Shown here: positions 13,870-29,502 of the stretch, in pieces
Position numbering within the stretch: the stretch's first letter is position 1
Layout: each line of letters opens with the position of its first letter
Assembly (NCBI GenBank): GCA_951406725.2
Contig: OX597832.1
Span: 47,058,001-47,122,000, forward strand
Reading direction: 5' to 3'
Length of the DNA: 64,000 nucleotides
Source: Octopus vulgaris
Taxonomy: Eukaryota
Position numbers and translations under genes: made by a program
The notes under the pieces: generated by a model
What the model was told of the DNA's origin: nothing
What the model saw: the letters and a program-made list of their open reading frames with translations, nothing else
Databases searched by the model: none

Positions 13870-14300
13870 GATATTGGTTTCAAATTTTGGTTCAAGGCCA
13901 ATAGGTTCAGGAGAAAGGGTATTCTATTACATCAATCCCAGTGCTCAACTGGTATTTATTTTATTGACCCAGAAAGGATGAAATGCTAAGTCCACTTTGG
14001 CGGAGATTGAACTCAAACCCAATGTATCTTACCCGGCGTGCTAATCATTCTGCTAGCTGGACACCTTGTATAATCCTTGTTATTATCATTGTGTAAGTGC
14101 TGGCAATAGTTTGGCAGAAACGTTAGAGTGTTGGGCTAACTATCTTGAGTTATTTGTTCCGAATCAGTAGGTTCTCATTTCCAATCCTGCTGAGATCAGC
14201 AATGCTATTCATTTTTCTTGAGTCGATGAAGTAAGCTATACCTCAGGTACTGATATCGATTTAACAATTAATGACTGATCTTCGCAAATAACCAATGTAG
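13870..14300. mobile_element. Two old family A-related SINEs in opposite orientation
   Basis: Minus copy retains actggtattt..ccagaaaggatgaaa..gctaatcattctgctagct. Plus copy starts ttggcagaaacgttag at about 14111. Confidence 0.55.
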
Positions 14301-14756
14301 AAGCATGATATAGTACAGCTCCTTTGATTCCCTTCCCACCAACAAGATATGTGGTTCCATGCGGGTAGAAATATGATGAATATGACGTATTTATATCCTA
14401 TGTTACTGACGACACCAGCTACGTAGAAATCGGCGATGACTATTTTGTTGCGACATCCACTGAATCATCTATGCATCAAATTATATGCGTTGTATTATAG
14501 GTAAGATCTATCTGACGAGCTTCCACACATTTAACATCTATCCTTTTCAAAACAAGGCTTGGATCAACATAAGGTTGTAGTAAAAGATACGTGTATTGAT
14601 GATATATTGTGGAATCAATTCGTTATTATTGCGAAGGGAAACTATCTTTTTGAAGCATTCGAGTAGACTCCACATCTATGCAACATATATGTACATACAC
14701 ACATTTATTATAAGTTATGCTTACCTGTCTTCTCTCACACACTCTCTCTGTCTTTA

Positions 14757-14823
<67 letters not shown>

Positions 14824-15164
14824 AAGTGTGTGAACCTGAGAAGGGAAAATGTAGAAGAAAATCAATTATTTTCTTTTACCCAAAGTCAGGAACTTTTCAG
14901 CACCCTAAACTGTCGCTAGCCAACAAACGAATCCCTTATGTGGTCACTTGAACGACTAGAGAATGCGAATTTATCTCTCTTAAATCTCATTTGGTTGTTT
15001 ATATATTGCAATGACTCATTACATAATGTAGTCTTTAAACAGGATGGTCCTAGATGAAATTCACTTTTGATCATAGCCTATTCATTCAAAATTGATTTGA
15101 GGTAAACAAAATCACCAACAGTAACACAGAAAATGATAAATCGTCGCCATCAATTCCTTGTGCA

Positions 15165-15422
15165 GCGCGTGGCTTGGTATTTCGGGTGTTGGGTTCCTGA
15201 TCGTAAGATTGTGGTTTCGATTCCTGGACCGGGCGACGCGTAGTGTTCCCCAACAAAACACTTCATTTCACATTACTCCAATCTACTCACCTAGCAAAAA
15301 ATGAATAATCCTGCGACAGGCCGGCGTCCCATTCGGGTAGGGAATTTATACGCAATGGGAATCGAGAAACCGGCTCTTAAAAGTGGGCATCACTCGAGAA
15401 GGTAACCTTTACTTTACTTTTT
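15165..15422 (+). mobile_element. tRNA-derived SINE, family D
   Basis: gcgcgtggcttggt..gatcgtaagattgtggtttcgattcctggaccgggcgacgcg; ends in short (cttta)n repeats. Confidence 0.75.
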
Positions 15423-15689
15423 ACCATCAACTACATTCTATTGACAACAACAACGTTAACGAAAATCTATAACTTGCCAACAAGACAAAGCATAATTATG
15501 GAAAGATAAAGATGATTATTTATGATCGTCTTTTAATATGAAGAAAGCAGCATGTATTTGAGAGAGATTTGACCACCATTTTTCTTGCAGATCAATAATA
15601 ATGTAGAGGTCGTCTCACAAGGCGATTATCTTTAGTACCTACGACTGATGAAACTGTCATCCGTAATTAGTAGTAGTAGTCGTAGTAGC

Positions 15690-15750
<61 letters not shown>

Positions 15751-15894
15751 TGTGTGTGGTTGTGGTTGTGGTGGTGGTGGTGGTGCTGGGGGTTGTGACG
15801 GTTGTGGTGACCGTGGTAGTGGTTGTCAATGTTGTGGTTGATGTCAACATTCGTTGTTGTAATCGTTATGCGTGTGTGTGCATGTGTGTGTGTG

Positions 15895-15932
<38 letters not shown>

Positions 15933-16769
15933 GTGTGTGTGTGTGTGTGATGATAATCCGATTAGAAACTGTGCTGTATTGTTTATTGATTGCTGTTTGG
16001 CCGAGGTATTGAGGTCGATAAGACTGTCAACGGGCAACGGATTTAAAAAATTATGACGACGATGATTATGATGATGATGATGATGAAATGACGAGGATGG
16101 TGGTGGTAGTGTCAGTGGTGAGGGTTGGTGTTTTTACTGGAAATGGCCATGTGGTGATTGATGCTGATGATAAAATTACTAAGATTAACTGCTTTTATTT
16201 GTGTGTGTGTTTTTTTTTCTGTTTTGTCCCCCACTTTTGCAACAATGGTGAGGAGCATGCACTTCAGAAAATGTATTATTAATTGTCATCTTATTTAGGC
16301 TTAGTATTAAAAATTAATTATCTCCATTGCTTAAACGATAAAAAAAAAATATGTATTTTTAAAAAAATGAGAAGCATACACCACACATAATAAAAAAAAA
16401 AAAATCTAAAGGAAATATCTCTCTTACCGGAAGGAAGGAAAAAAGATGGGAGTGGGAAAATAATATTATAACACCGTTACTGACAGGAAGTACAAAGCGT
16501 AATCTGATTCATGGGATATAAATATCCGGAGATATTCGTCGCCATCATTAAATTAAGATTATTCAAACGGTATCTAAGATCAGATCTGCCACAGAGTAAG
16601 ATTATTCAATTGCATGTTAATGATAGGCGTGAACTTCGCCAGCAGAAAGGGAAAATGTTCTAAGAATGTAGTTGCTAGGGTGAAAGGAAGTTTTCTTTGC
16701 TGTGGAAGAAAAGAATAATAACAATAACAATAACAAACCTCTTTCTAGAATAGACACAAGGACTATATA

Positions 16770-16986
16770 CTCTTTAATCTCTTTTACTTGTTTCAGTCAT
16801 TTTGACTGTGGCCATGCTGTAGCACCGCCTTTAGTCGAGCAGATCGACCCTAGGACTTATTCTTTGTAAGCCTAGTACTTATTCTATCGGTCTCTTTTTG
16901 CCGAACGTTTTTGCTAAGTTACGGTGACGTAAACACACCAGCATCGGTTGTCAAGTGATGTTGGGGGGACAAATAGAGACACACAA

Positions 16987-17047
<61 letters not shown>

Positions 17048-17219
17048 CATATATACGACGGGCTTCCTTTCAGTTTCCGTCTACCAAATCCACTCACAAG
17101 CCTTTGGTCGGCCCGAGGCTATAGTAGAAGACACTTGCCCAAGGTGTCACGCATTGGTACTGAACCCAGAACCATGTGGTTGGTTAGCAAGCTACTTACC
17201 ACACAGCCACTCCTACGCC
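16770..17219 (-). mobile_element. tRNA-derived SINE, family B (CORE-like segment, internal TA/CA microsatellite), full length
   Basis: Reverse complement of ggcgtaggagtggctgtgtggtaag..ggttcagt..accttgggcaagtgtctt..(TA)n(TG)n..gactgaaacaagtaaaagag. The accttgggcaagt segment resembles the CORE-SINE domain. Confidence 0.9.
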
Positions 17220-17259
17220 TATAATATATATATATATTTTTTTTTTTTGACGGATTTGG

Positions 17260-17772
17260 GAACGGGTCGATTACATCGATCCTAGTGCTCGACTGGTATT
17301 TATTTTATTATCCAACCTCAAAGTCTACCACAGAGGAAATTGAACTGAGAATGTGAGGACGGACAAAATACCCCTACGCGGTTTTTGTGATTTTTTTTCT
17401 GACGTGCTAAAGATTCTTATTTCTTTATTGCCCACAAGGGGCTAAACATAGAAGGGACAAACGGATTAGGTCGAATACAGTGCGTAACTGATACTTAATT
17501 TATCGACCGCGAAAGGATGACAGGCAAAGTCGACCGCGGCGGAATTTGAACCCAGAACGTAAACGCAGACGAAATACCTATTTCTTTACTACCCATAAGG
17601 CGCTAAACACAGAGGGGACAAACAAGGACAGACAGACGGATTAAGCCGTATTTCGTCTGCCGTTACGTTCAGAGTTCAAATTCTGCCGGGGTCAATAAAT
17701 TAAGTACCAGTTACGCACTGGGGTCGATGTAATCGACTTAATCCGTTTGTCCATTATGGGTAGTAAAGAAAT
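17260..17772. mobile_element. Compound family A SINE locus: head-to-tail minus units followed by an inverted plus unit
   Basis: Minus units at about 17260-17415, 17417-17578 and 17579-17645. Plus unit 17646-17772 has internal deletions. Confidence 0.8.
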
Positions 17773-17811
17773 AGGTGGTGGTGGTAGTGGTGGTAGTAGT
17801 AGTAGTAGTAA

Positions 17812-17859
<48 letters not shown>

Positions 17860-18216
17860 GAGGAGGAGGAGGAGGAGGAGTCTCACAGTATGGTGCATCG
17901 TGATACCCCCCTTTACTCCCCTGAGATCTTATCATATTCTTGGCTTTCTCGTTTTCATGCTGTCTTCTCTGTATCTTCGTAGAACATCTGTTTCAACTCT
18001 CAGGTGAAACTGCATTCAAATATTTATCTAAACCTACGTCTTTTGCCTACGACTTCCAGCACCGTCATTACCTCCCACTATCACCACTATCATCATCATC
18101 ATCATCATCATCGTCGTCGTCGTCGTCGTCATTATAATCATCATCATCGTCATCGTCGCCGTCATTATAATCATCATCATCGTCATCATCATCATCATCG
18201 TCGTCGTCGTCATTAT

Positions 18217-18273
<57 letters not shown>

Positions 18274-18406
18274 TATCGTCGTGGTCATCGACATTCCCGT
18301 CATTAACATCATTCATTATTATTATTAGCTTACTATACTACTACAGCTACTACTACTACTACTACTACTACTAGGTGTAGTAGTAGTAGTAGTAGTACTA
18401 CTACTG

Positions 18407-18474
<68 letters not shown>

Positions 18475-18485
18475 GTTACTGCTGC

Positions 18486-18715
18486 TGTTAAATAGTCTTG
18501 ATTATTAATTCTGCCATGAAGGGAAAACATTGCGCCGGCGGATTTCCAAGATGTATCCCCTCCCCCAACCCCACCCAAATCATTACAGATCCTCTTCCAT
18601 GTTTAACAGTTGGAAGAAGGCAATCTGGATCAAATGCTTCTTTTGGCTGTCTGCGCAGGTATATTCGGCCGGTGATCGGAAATAGGGCAAAGGACGACTC
18701 ATCTGAGAAAATAAC
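18486..18715 (-). pseudogene. Tc1-family transposase DDE-domain relic
   Basis: Translates VIFSDESSF..RRQPKEAFDPDCLLPTVKHGRGSVMIW, then after a frameshift SWKSAGAMFSLHGRINNQDYL. Contains the first catalytic Asp motif (FSDES.F) and the TVKHGG.SVM.W signature. Confidence 0.9.
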
Positions 18716-18994
18716 ATACAACACCTGTATATACATACACATATATACATACATGCATACAAAGATATATATACGTGCGTATATATATGCGTGTATATAT
18801 GTATGTATATGTATATATTTGTATATACGTACATGTATATATCTACACACACATACACGCACACATACACAAATATATACATATGTATACACGCACAGGT
18901 ACAGCCATAGAGCCGTCTAGCAACCGTCCAGATACACACACATACAAACACATATTCATACACACATATACACACACACACATGCTCACATACA

Positions 18995-19028
<34 letters not shown>

Positions 19029-19518
19029 CATACATACATTCATACTTACATACATACATATATACATACATACCTACATACATACATACATACATTCATA
19101 CATATATACATACATATATACATACATACATATATACATACATACATACATACATACATACATTCATACATACATACATACATACGTACATACATACGTA
19201 CATACATAAATTCACACATGCGTACATAGGTATACACGTACATACCCATCCATACCCATGCATATTCCCATACACACACACACATACACAAACACACACA
19301 CACACACACATACACATACAATCTCTACCATTTCATACACACATTCGATTGCTTAAAGTGTGCAACATTCAGTTTGCCGATGCTTTTATCTGTACATATA
19401 TTTACGCGTTTTCGTACATATGCGCGGTAGGAATTTGCGTACGAATTCGGCCATCTTAACGCGCCTCCATCTATATCTGTATAAGTATGTGCGTCTATCT
19501 GCGTTTCTATATCTCTAT

Positions 19519-20226
19519 ATGTCTGTGTGTCCGTGTGATTATAAACGGAGAAAATTTCTTTTGTTTTCAACTGTTTAACGTTTTTCGTTTTGTTTCCATG
19601 TCTTTTTATCTCTTTTTTTTGTTCCCCTCCACAAATTGTTATATTTCCTTTTTTATCCTATGTACCGTTTGAACATGTGGAGGCGCAATGGCCCAGTGGT
19701 TAGGGCAGCGGACTCTCGGTCATAGGATCGCGGTTTCGATTCCCAGACCGGGCGATGTGAGTGTTTATTGAGCGAAAACACCTAAAAGCTCCACGAGGCT
19801 CTGGCAGGGGATGGTGGTGTGGTGATCCCTGCTGTACTCTTTCACCACAACTTTCTCTCACTCTTACTTCCTGTTTCTGCTGTACCTGTATTTGAAAGGG
19901 CCGGCCTTGTCACTCTCTGTGTCACGCTGAATATCCCCGAGAACTACGTTAAGGGTACACGTGTCTGTGGAGTGCTCAGCCACTTACACGTTAATTTCAC
20001 GAGCAAGCTGTTCCGTTGATTCGGATCAACCGGAACCCTCGTCGTCGTAACCGACGGTGTGCTTCCACCATGTCTGTGTGTCCGTGTGATTATAAACGGA
20101 GAAAAATTCTTTTGTTTTCAACTGTTTAACGTTTTTCGTTTTGTTTCCATGTCTTTTTATCTCTCTTTTTTTCTCCCCCTTCACAAATTGTTATATTTCC
20201 TGTTTTATCCTATGTACCGTTTGAAC
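19519..20226. repeat. ~156-bp direct repeat exactly flanking the family C SINE
   Basis: 19519-19674 and 20070-20226 (atgtctgtgtgtccgtgtg...tatgtaccgtttgaac) differ at roughly 7 positions by eye. Confidence 0.95.
19675..20069 (+). mobile_element. tRNA-derived SINE, family C, full length
   Basis: A box tggcccagtgg and B-box-like ggtttcgattccc. Head is shared with 1300-1418 and tail with 63305-63414. Confidence 0.9.
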
Positions 20227-20309
20227 CTATTACAGATGTATCGATACAGTCGACAGAGTTATTGCACTGGATGCTGCTGTACGCGTCTGTATGTGTTCTG
20301 CTCGTTTTT

Positions 20310-20339
20310 TTCTGTTGTGGTTGTTGTAGTAGTTGTTGC

Positions 20340-20376
<37 letters not shown>

Positions 20377-21128
20377 ATTGTTGTTCGTCGTCGTCGTCGT
20401 CTTGGTGAATGTAAAGCAGGAGATGATGAAAATACCGTTGGAACAACGATGGCGATTACGAAGATTATAAAGTTGTTGTTGTTGTTGGTGGTGGTGGTGG
20501 TGGTGACGGTTTGGGAGGTTGTGTTGATGGTGGTGGTGGTGATGGTGGTGGTGGTGGTGGTAGTTGTAATGTTGTTACTGTTGTTGTTATTGGTAGTGGT
20601 GGTAGCGGTGGTGGTAGTGGGGGTGGCGGCGGAGGTTTTGGAGGTAGTGGTGATGGTGGAGGTGGTAGTTGTGATGGTGCTGGTGGTGGTGGTGGTGTTG
20701 GTAGTGGCACGGCGGTGATGGTGGTGTTGGTAGTTGTAATGTTGTTACTGTTGTTGTTATTTGTAGTGGTGGTAGCGGTGGTGGTAGTGGGAGTGGTGAC
20801 GGTGACGGTGGCAGTCGTAGTGTTGGTGGTAATGACCAGAATGAGGATGAGGATGATGTAAGCATTGTTGTCGTTTGCGAGGGCATCGGTGGTATCGATA
20901 TCGATGGTGGTAGTGGTAATGGTGATGGTGGTGGTGGTGGTGGTGGTGGTGGTTTTGGTAGTGATGATGGTGGTGGGGACGTGAGGTGCTACTGGTGGTG
21001 TCTGTGGCGATGAGGTCCACTCATACGGATGTGGATGATGTGGATGATGAGGATGATGATGATGATGACAATGATGATGATGATGATGATGAAGAGGAAG
21101 TGGAGGAGTAGGAGTAGGAGGAGTAGGA
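20310..21128. repeat. Long trinucleotide mosaic (GTT/GGT/GAT) with an internal ~70-bp higher-order duplication
   Basis: ggtagttgtaatgttgttactgttgttgttatt(g/t)gtagtggtggtagcggtggtggtagtggg occurs at about 20559 and about 20729. Confidence 0.9.
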
Positions 21129-21403
21129 TTCCCGGTCTTATGTAATGTTTCCATGTGTTTTTCAAGATATCGACAGAAATTACTTCATATTATACACATA
21201 TATGAGCATGTGTGGTATGTATGCATATATGCATGTATACACACACTCATATATATATATATATGTGCATACATACACACATACATATATATAGAGAGAT
21301 ATTTATATATATATACGGATATATATATATATATATATATATAATGTATATGTGTATATATATATATATATAATGTATATGTGTATATATATACATATAT
21401 ATA

Positions 21404-21505
<102 letters not shown>

Positions 21506-21749
21506 CACACACACTTGAGATAAGCGGTGCGTCTGTGAATGGTAAGAGAAAGAAAATTTGAATTCTTCTCTATAAGTAACTGTAGGAAATCTTATATTAG
21601 CGAAATGAGATTACTGGAAACTAAATATTGGAATGTATAAATATAATGAAAGAAAATTGATTACAGGTAGTACGATGCGTCGGCATACGTCGTCTTGAGC
21701 GGAAATTAGAGGAGAAGTTGAAATAATAACAATAGCAATGATGATGATG

Positions 21750-21823
<74 letters not shown>

Positions 21824-21825
<2 letters not shown>

Positions 21826-22070
21826 ATATTATACAGGCACGACAAATTAAGCAGTTATGTCCATTGGACAATATGTCTACATCAGAACAGCAAAACTGAC
21901 AGCTGTTGGTATAAGCGTGTGCCAAGCAAGGTACAAGACAACGATAAGGCCACAATAATCTGGGATAAGCCGGTTCAAGCCGTCAAAGAAATAAAAGCTA
22001 ATCTCCCAGACATAACAGCGAAGGATTAGGGGAGAAAAGACCTGTTAACTGATAGACATTGCGGTCCCCA
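21824..22070 (+). pseudogene. R4/Dong-like non-LTR retrotransposon relic (RHD motif to start of restriction-like endonuclease); absent from the ORF track
   Basis: From 21832 it translates YRHDKLSSYVHWTICLHQNSKTDSCWYKRVPSKVQDNDKATIIWDKPVQAVKEIKANLPDITAKD*, then after a frameshift EKTC*LIDIAVP. Begins right after (TAA)n at about 21749-21823. Confidence 0.85.
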
Positions 22071-22089
22071 ATATTATTATTGTTTTTAT

Positions 22090-22202
22090 GCTTAGTACTT
22101 ATTCTATTGCTTTTTATTCCCGAACCGCTACATCACAGGGATGTAAACAAACCAACACCAGTAGTCAAGCGGTGGAGGGGAACCAACACAGGCACAAACA
22201 CT

Positions 22203-22251
<49 letters not shown>

Positions 22252-22401
22252 GCAGACAAATACACATATATATGCGTGCGTAAGTGTGTGCTTGTGTGTA
22301 CGTGTACGTGTGTGTTTATATGTGTGTATAAGACGAGATTCTTTCAGTTTCAGTTTTACCAAATCTTCTCACAAGGCTTTGATCGGCCCGAGGCTTTAGT
22401 A
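22090..22401 (-). mobile_element. Family B SINE, partial
   Basis: tagtacttattctat..ccgaaccgct..(CA)n..ttctttcagtt..cacaaggctttgatcggcccgaggct. Confidence 0.75.
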
Positions 22402-22672
22402 CAAGGGTGGAAAAAAAAACCCGGCCGAAGGCGCAATTACACCCGCGAGCCCATTTAATTGCGCCTGCAGGCTGGCATACTCGTATGTACAATATATTGT
22501 CAATTTTTCAATCATAAAATTTATACAATACTCGTAGGCCTCTTTGCAATATAAGTCGCGTTTCCACTACGACTTAAAAACAGACTCGAACAGAAAATCG
22601 TACGGTCATTGCCATTTAAATGGAAATTTTGTTTTCACTATAAAACATATTGCTATGTTCGTACCACCCCTT
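22402..22672. mobile_element. Possible hAT-type MITE
   Basis: Ends caagggtgg and ccacccctt, with a subterminal hairpin ggcgcaatta..taattgcgcc. No clear 8-bp TSD. Confidence 0.4.
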
Positions 22673-22825
22673 TGAGACCCAACAACACTCTAGCTGAAAC
22701 ACATAGAATACATCATAAGTAATATCAACAGTTCTATATTTAAGAAATGAAAAATTATGTACATTATTTACATTATTTACATTATTTACATTTGACGGAT
22801 ATTTTTCCTCATCTTGTTTGTTGTT

Positions 22826-22871
22826 AACACAACGTTTCGGCTGATATACTCTCCAGCTTTCAACAGGTGTC
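22826..22871 (-). ncRNA. Minimal type I hammerhead fold (degenerate core CUGUUGA)
   Basis: Minus strand reads GACAC-CUGUUGA-A-AGCUG-gagaguauau-CAGCC-GAAA-CGUU^GUGUU. Stem I is 5 bp with one G-U pair; palindromic AACGUU replaces stem III. Confidence 0.6.
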
Positions 22872-22936
22872 TCGGGGGAAATTTCGAACCTGGCTTCTCA
22901 TTCCTAAGGTTTTTTCGATGTTATTATTATTATTAC

Positions 22937-23582
<646 letters not shown>

Positions 23583-24230
23583 CATTATTATTATTACTAT
23601 TATTATTATTCAGGTAAATACCTGGGATCGAACTCGGTATCTTGGGGTTAGTAGCTCGCACCTTTAACGACTACGCCGTAAATAAAGTTATATAAATATC
23701 CTAAATTCAGGGGCAGCGTTAATGAGGATGTTACGTGTTAATGTAATGTGTTAAACTGATTTTTATTAAGGTATATCTAATTATACATACATATATACAA
23801 GATTTACACAGATATAAGAGTTAGAACTCGTGATCCACCCGCGGAACTTTGGGTGGGTGGGGGTGTAAATTGTTGCCCGCCTCACTAAAAATGTTCCCCA
23901 ACCCCTTCATTAGTAGAAGAATCTTACCTACAATGCACGCAGTGAAACTTGTGGTAAGATTCTTACCCCACAGCCAGGCCTCCGCTTGTATACAAACATA
24001 CATGGTCTTGCAATGACATGACAGGTTTTATTTGAGCATGACAAAGTATTGATACATGGTTGTATTCTGAGATGCAGTGGGTGCGACGAAACAGTACCCG
24101 TTTCGTTTTTGAACATCAGTGCGTTTGTAAGATTACGTTCATAAACGCGAACACACTGATACACAGAAACATATGTATCTATGCACTTCTGTGCATATAC
24201 ACATATAAGTATATGTACACACACACACAC

Positions 24231-24261
<31 letters not shown>

Positions 24262-24304
24262 CATACGTACATATATATATATACACACACACATACATAC
24301 ATAC

Positions 24305-24369
<65 letters not shown>

Positions 24370-24503
24370 TAACAAATGAAAAACAGAAGATGGAATACAC
24401 GAGAATATATTATTAATTACAACGATTGTTTCGACACAACTAGCATCGACTCCACTTGTGGGATACACAAAAACTGGTTCAGGAGTATCCGGTGGTGCAG
24501 ACG

Positions 24504-24558
<55 letters not shown>

Positions 24559-24771
24559 ACGTGCGTGTGCCCATGCGTGTGTAGAAGTGTATGCCTGTGT
24601 TCATATACAAATACTTATGAATAGACTTCTACACACACACACACACATACACATATATATATATATATAAAACTATGTATATATGTCAGGATATGTGTAT
24701 GTAAGTATATAGAAAGAGACAGACAGACAGAGAAAGGGAAACAGAAGAGTCCACGCAGACACACACATATA

Positions 24772-24806
<35 letters not shown>

Positions 24807-25148
24807 TAGATCTCTACACTCGCACACATGAACGGAGAAATCACACACATGCATTCATATCGGTGAGCAACTGTGATGTCAAAAGGTTTGACTATTTGCC
24901 AGTTACCTAGTTTGATTATTATACACAAATACAAAACAAAAAATATGCACACACGCACACACACACACACACATACACACATATACACACGTACACACAC
25001 ACACGCACAGAATCAAGCACTCATATATAAAAAAAAACATCAATTGGCGAAATGTATTTGGAGCAGAATGTTGGTGGGAGTCAGACACGACCTGTTTCGT
25101 GTATTTTTACATTGGGTTACTTTTTTTTACTATTGTTGATATTTTTTG

Positions 25149-25668
<520 letters not shown>

Positions 25669-26339
25669 TCGCTTACAGTTTTACTACGAAATTTTTTTTT
25701 GTTGGACTATTTTGTATTTATTATTTGTTATGATTGTGTATGTGTGTGTGTTTATATGTGTGTGTGTTGTTGTTATTTTTTTAATTTTCCTTATTCATCT
25801 ACTTCCAAAATACCGAACGAGTATTTCACGTTTGATTGACAACCGTCTCGTTTATCTTGATTACCGAAGCTGTTGGATTAATAATACTTGCTACTCTAAC
25901 TTTTCTTCTTCCTTTCCAACGGCAGCTCCACCTTCCTCTCTGTCTGTTTGTCTGTCTGCCTGCATCCCTGTCTCTCTCTCTTTCTCCCTCTTTCACTCAC
26001 ACGCTCTCTCGTTCTCTCACTCTCTTACACGCAGTGAGAAACGCATATATGCACACGCGTAAACGCATACAAGCGATCTTCTAATCTGTCTTCTCTTCCT
26101 TCTCAATTTCTCTCTCTCCCTCTTCCTCTTTCTCTCCCTCCCCTCTTTCTCCCACCCTCTTTCTCTCTCTCTCTCTCTCTTGTCACACACACACACACAC
26201 ACACACACAAGCAAACACAGACGTACACAAACACACACGTATATGCGTCTGCGTGTGTGTGTGTTTGCATAGAATGATGGACGGTAGAGAGATGGGTAGT
26301 TGAATACAAGGATAAATGGTGATAGATAGATATATATAT

Positions 26340-26349
26340 AGATAGATAC

Positions 26350-26427
<78 letters not shown>

Positions 26428-26525
26428 GGACGGACGGACGGACAGACAGACAGACAGACAGACACACAGACACACAGACACACAGACAGACAGACGGACG
26501 GACAGATAGATGGACAGATAGATAG
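26340..26525. repeat. (GATA)n/(GACA)n tetranucleotide array (similar arrays at about 43200, 46688, 47320 and 63555)
   Basis: Directly visible. Confidence 0.95.
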
Positions 26526-27170
26526 CGAGAGAGTTCCTTCCTTCCTCTGTCTGAAGTTCATGATACTTTAGAACAGTCGACAGATCGTTTTTACGAGTCT
26601 GACTTACAAAGAAACTCATTCACAAACCAGCTCTGCAACCCGGATTGCAGAAATAACAAAACCCTTAACCCATAAAACCAAACTGCTTGTCAACATTTCT
26701 TTCCGAGTTCAAATCCCATCGTGATCAATATTGCTTTCCATACTTTTTTTTATTTTGACGTCGACAAATAAAATACCAGTCAAAGCCTGGAGTAGACTTG
26801 CCCTAGCCTTGAGCCAAAATTCGAGACAATAATTATCATATATTTTTTGTGTAGGCAACTGCTTGAACACCATACTTTATGAATATGTGTGCCTATAGTA
26901 TGTGTGTGTTTGTGTATGCATGCGTATGCGTGTGATTGTGTATGTGTGAGTGTATGTGTGTGAGTGTGTGTGTGTGAGTGTGTGTGTGTGTGTGCTTTTG
27001 TGAATATTGTAATGTATGTACATTATTCTTTTTGTTACATATTACTTGTACGTTCATAAGTGAAATTCTAACTTATGAAACCAGCATTGGCAATGCCATT
27101 AATAAAACATTAAACAATGCAGCAGAGTATTTGGCTGCCAGGCATTGGAGCAAATAGCAATTACAAATCA

Positions 27171-27600
27171 CGTGTGTGTGCATGTGTGTGTGTGTATACA
27201 TACATATATACATACGGACGGGCGTGACTGTTTGAGAAGAAGCTTGCTTCCCAATCACATGTCTCCGGGTTCAGTTCCACTACATAGTACCTTGGGCAAG
27301 TTTCTTCTACACTAGCCTCGGGCCCACCAAAGACTTGGGGGGATTTGGTAGATGGAAAGTGAAAGAAACCCGTCATATCTATATGTGTGTGTGTGTGTGC
27401 GCGTGTGTGTATACATACGTATATACATATGGACGGGCGTGACTGTGTGAGAAGAAGCTTGCTTTTCAACCACATGTCTCCGGGTTCAGTCCCACTACAT
27501 AGTACCTTGGGCAAGTGTTTTCTACAATAGCCTCGGGTTCACCAAAAACTTGGGGAGGGGGGAACTTAGTAGATAGAAACTGAAAGAAGCCCGTCACATA
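27171..27600 (+). mobile_element. Tandem pair of family B SINE heads, duplicated together with their 5' flank
   Basis: gtatacatac(a/g)tatatacata(c/t)ggacgggcgtgactgt..cacatgtctccgggttcagt..cactacatagtaccttgggcaag occurs twice about 215 bp apart, with shared private variants. Confidence 0.85.
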
Positions 27601-27811
27601 TAAATATATATGTGTGTGAGTTTGTGTGTATGTGTGTGTGTCTAAGTGTCTTTGTGTCGACTGGCCCCTTCCCCAAACATTTCGGGCCTTGTGCCTAGAT
27701 TAGAAAAGAATATTCATAAAGTATTTCTCTTCTTTATATAATCTACACAATTTGACATGAGCAGAGCAAAATATACATGTATTTTAGGTTTACGTAAATA
27801 TTTATAGATAA

Positions 27812-28317
27812 CTAGCAGTATCGCCCGGCGTTGCTCGGGTTTGTAAGGGAAATAACTATATAAGCATTTTTAGAGAGTTACTTCCCTTATAAATTCGGGC
27901 TTTCTTAGCCATTTTTGTTTTGGTGTCTTCAAGCCATGAAGTAGTTGTTCTAAAAGAACGCTGGTTTCCTTCACAACGCATTACGACGTTGATTTCTTTA
28001 CACTCCCTTCCCCACAGCTTCACGAGGGAGGGAAGGGGGAGAAGCAAACAGGTGCAGCTGTGAGCGTGGACGCCAACTCCGCCGCCATCGACATACGATG
28101 CATTTTATGCATTAAAATGGAATAAAAAATGATGTTAAATTATTTTTAAAATCGTAGACTCATCGTTGACGCGCGCTAATAGTCAGACGGGCTCGATATG
28201 AATCACGACTATAAGATACCTGAATTTGGTTAAACTGCACCGCAAAATGTGGGAGGAGTTAGGAATCTAAATCGAAGGGGACAGACACTCACACAACTAG
28301 AGTTTTATATATATAGA
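27812..28317 (-). mobile_element. Non-autonomous Helitron (506 bp)
   Basis: Minus strand starts TCTATATATATAAAA, ends with the hairpin cccgagcaacgccggg then ..ctgCTAG, and sits between host A and T with no TSD. Confidence 0.85.
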
Positions 28318-28647
28318 TGTGTTATTACAAAATTATTCTACAAGAAAATTAATGTCAAAGTCTGTTGTATGTCACTTAAAACTCCGCGCTTAGAAATATC
28401 GTACTTCTCGATACACAACGCTTTATCAAGGTCCAGCATGTTTAAGGTTTCGATGCTTTTGGTTTAGGTCCGTGAGACCTACTACAACAGTGACAGCAGC
28501 AGTTAGTTTCCCTCTAAACTCTCCCCATTTGGCTCAGAACCCGATCTTGGCTTACAGAACTTGTGGTTTAGTTTTACCGTTCCCGTTGTCTACAGTAACA
28601 CGCACGCTCACAGCGCACGCGCGCACGCACGCACACTCACACACACA

Positions 28648-28950
<303 letters not shown>

Positions 28951-28976
28951 AAACAAAAACATCATCATCATCATCA

Positions 28977-29052
<76 letters not shown>

Positions 29053-29502
29053 GTGATGCTGACTTTCATCTGAGTGTATTCGTTCAATATCTTTATAATC
29101 AGATTGTATCTGATCGAAGATATGACATATAATTCGTAATTATAACCAGCTCCTTCTAGACATTGCCTTGTGATGAATAATTTAAGAATTGTTTTTTCTT
29201 GATGAGAAGTTATATAGATTTTAATCACATGCAGCGACTACTTTGCCTCGGGCGCTTAAACGTTAACAGTAAACTTATATCAATAGGAAACAGATTGTCT
29301 CTTGTTATATCATTTCGATGAGCAACAAACAGCCTCATATACATCACAACCCTGGGCCCCATAAACCTCTAAAAGTTAACTTCACAGGCCACACATGCCA
29401 CCCTTGGCCGTCTCCGGTTTATTCCAACGATGCAGGAGCCACTACGCGGTCGCTCGAATTGTTAGAAAGAGATCCCAAATCTCCCCCAAAACATACCATA
29501 CC

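Noticed and set aside
19675-19750. SINE heads as functional tRNA genes
   Set aside because: Stems are imperfect, and the heads continue into conserved multi-copy SINE bodies.
20059-21154. Gly-rich, Val-rich and Pro/Thr-rich ORFs resembling structural proteins
   Set aside because: A GGT/GTT repeat mosaic with overlapping ORFs in many frames; no convincing splice or signal-peptide context.
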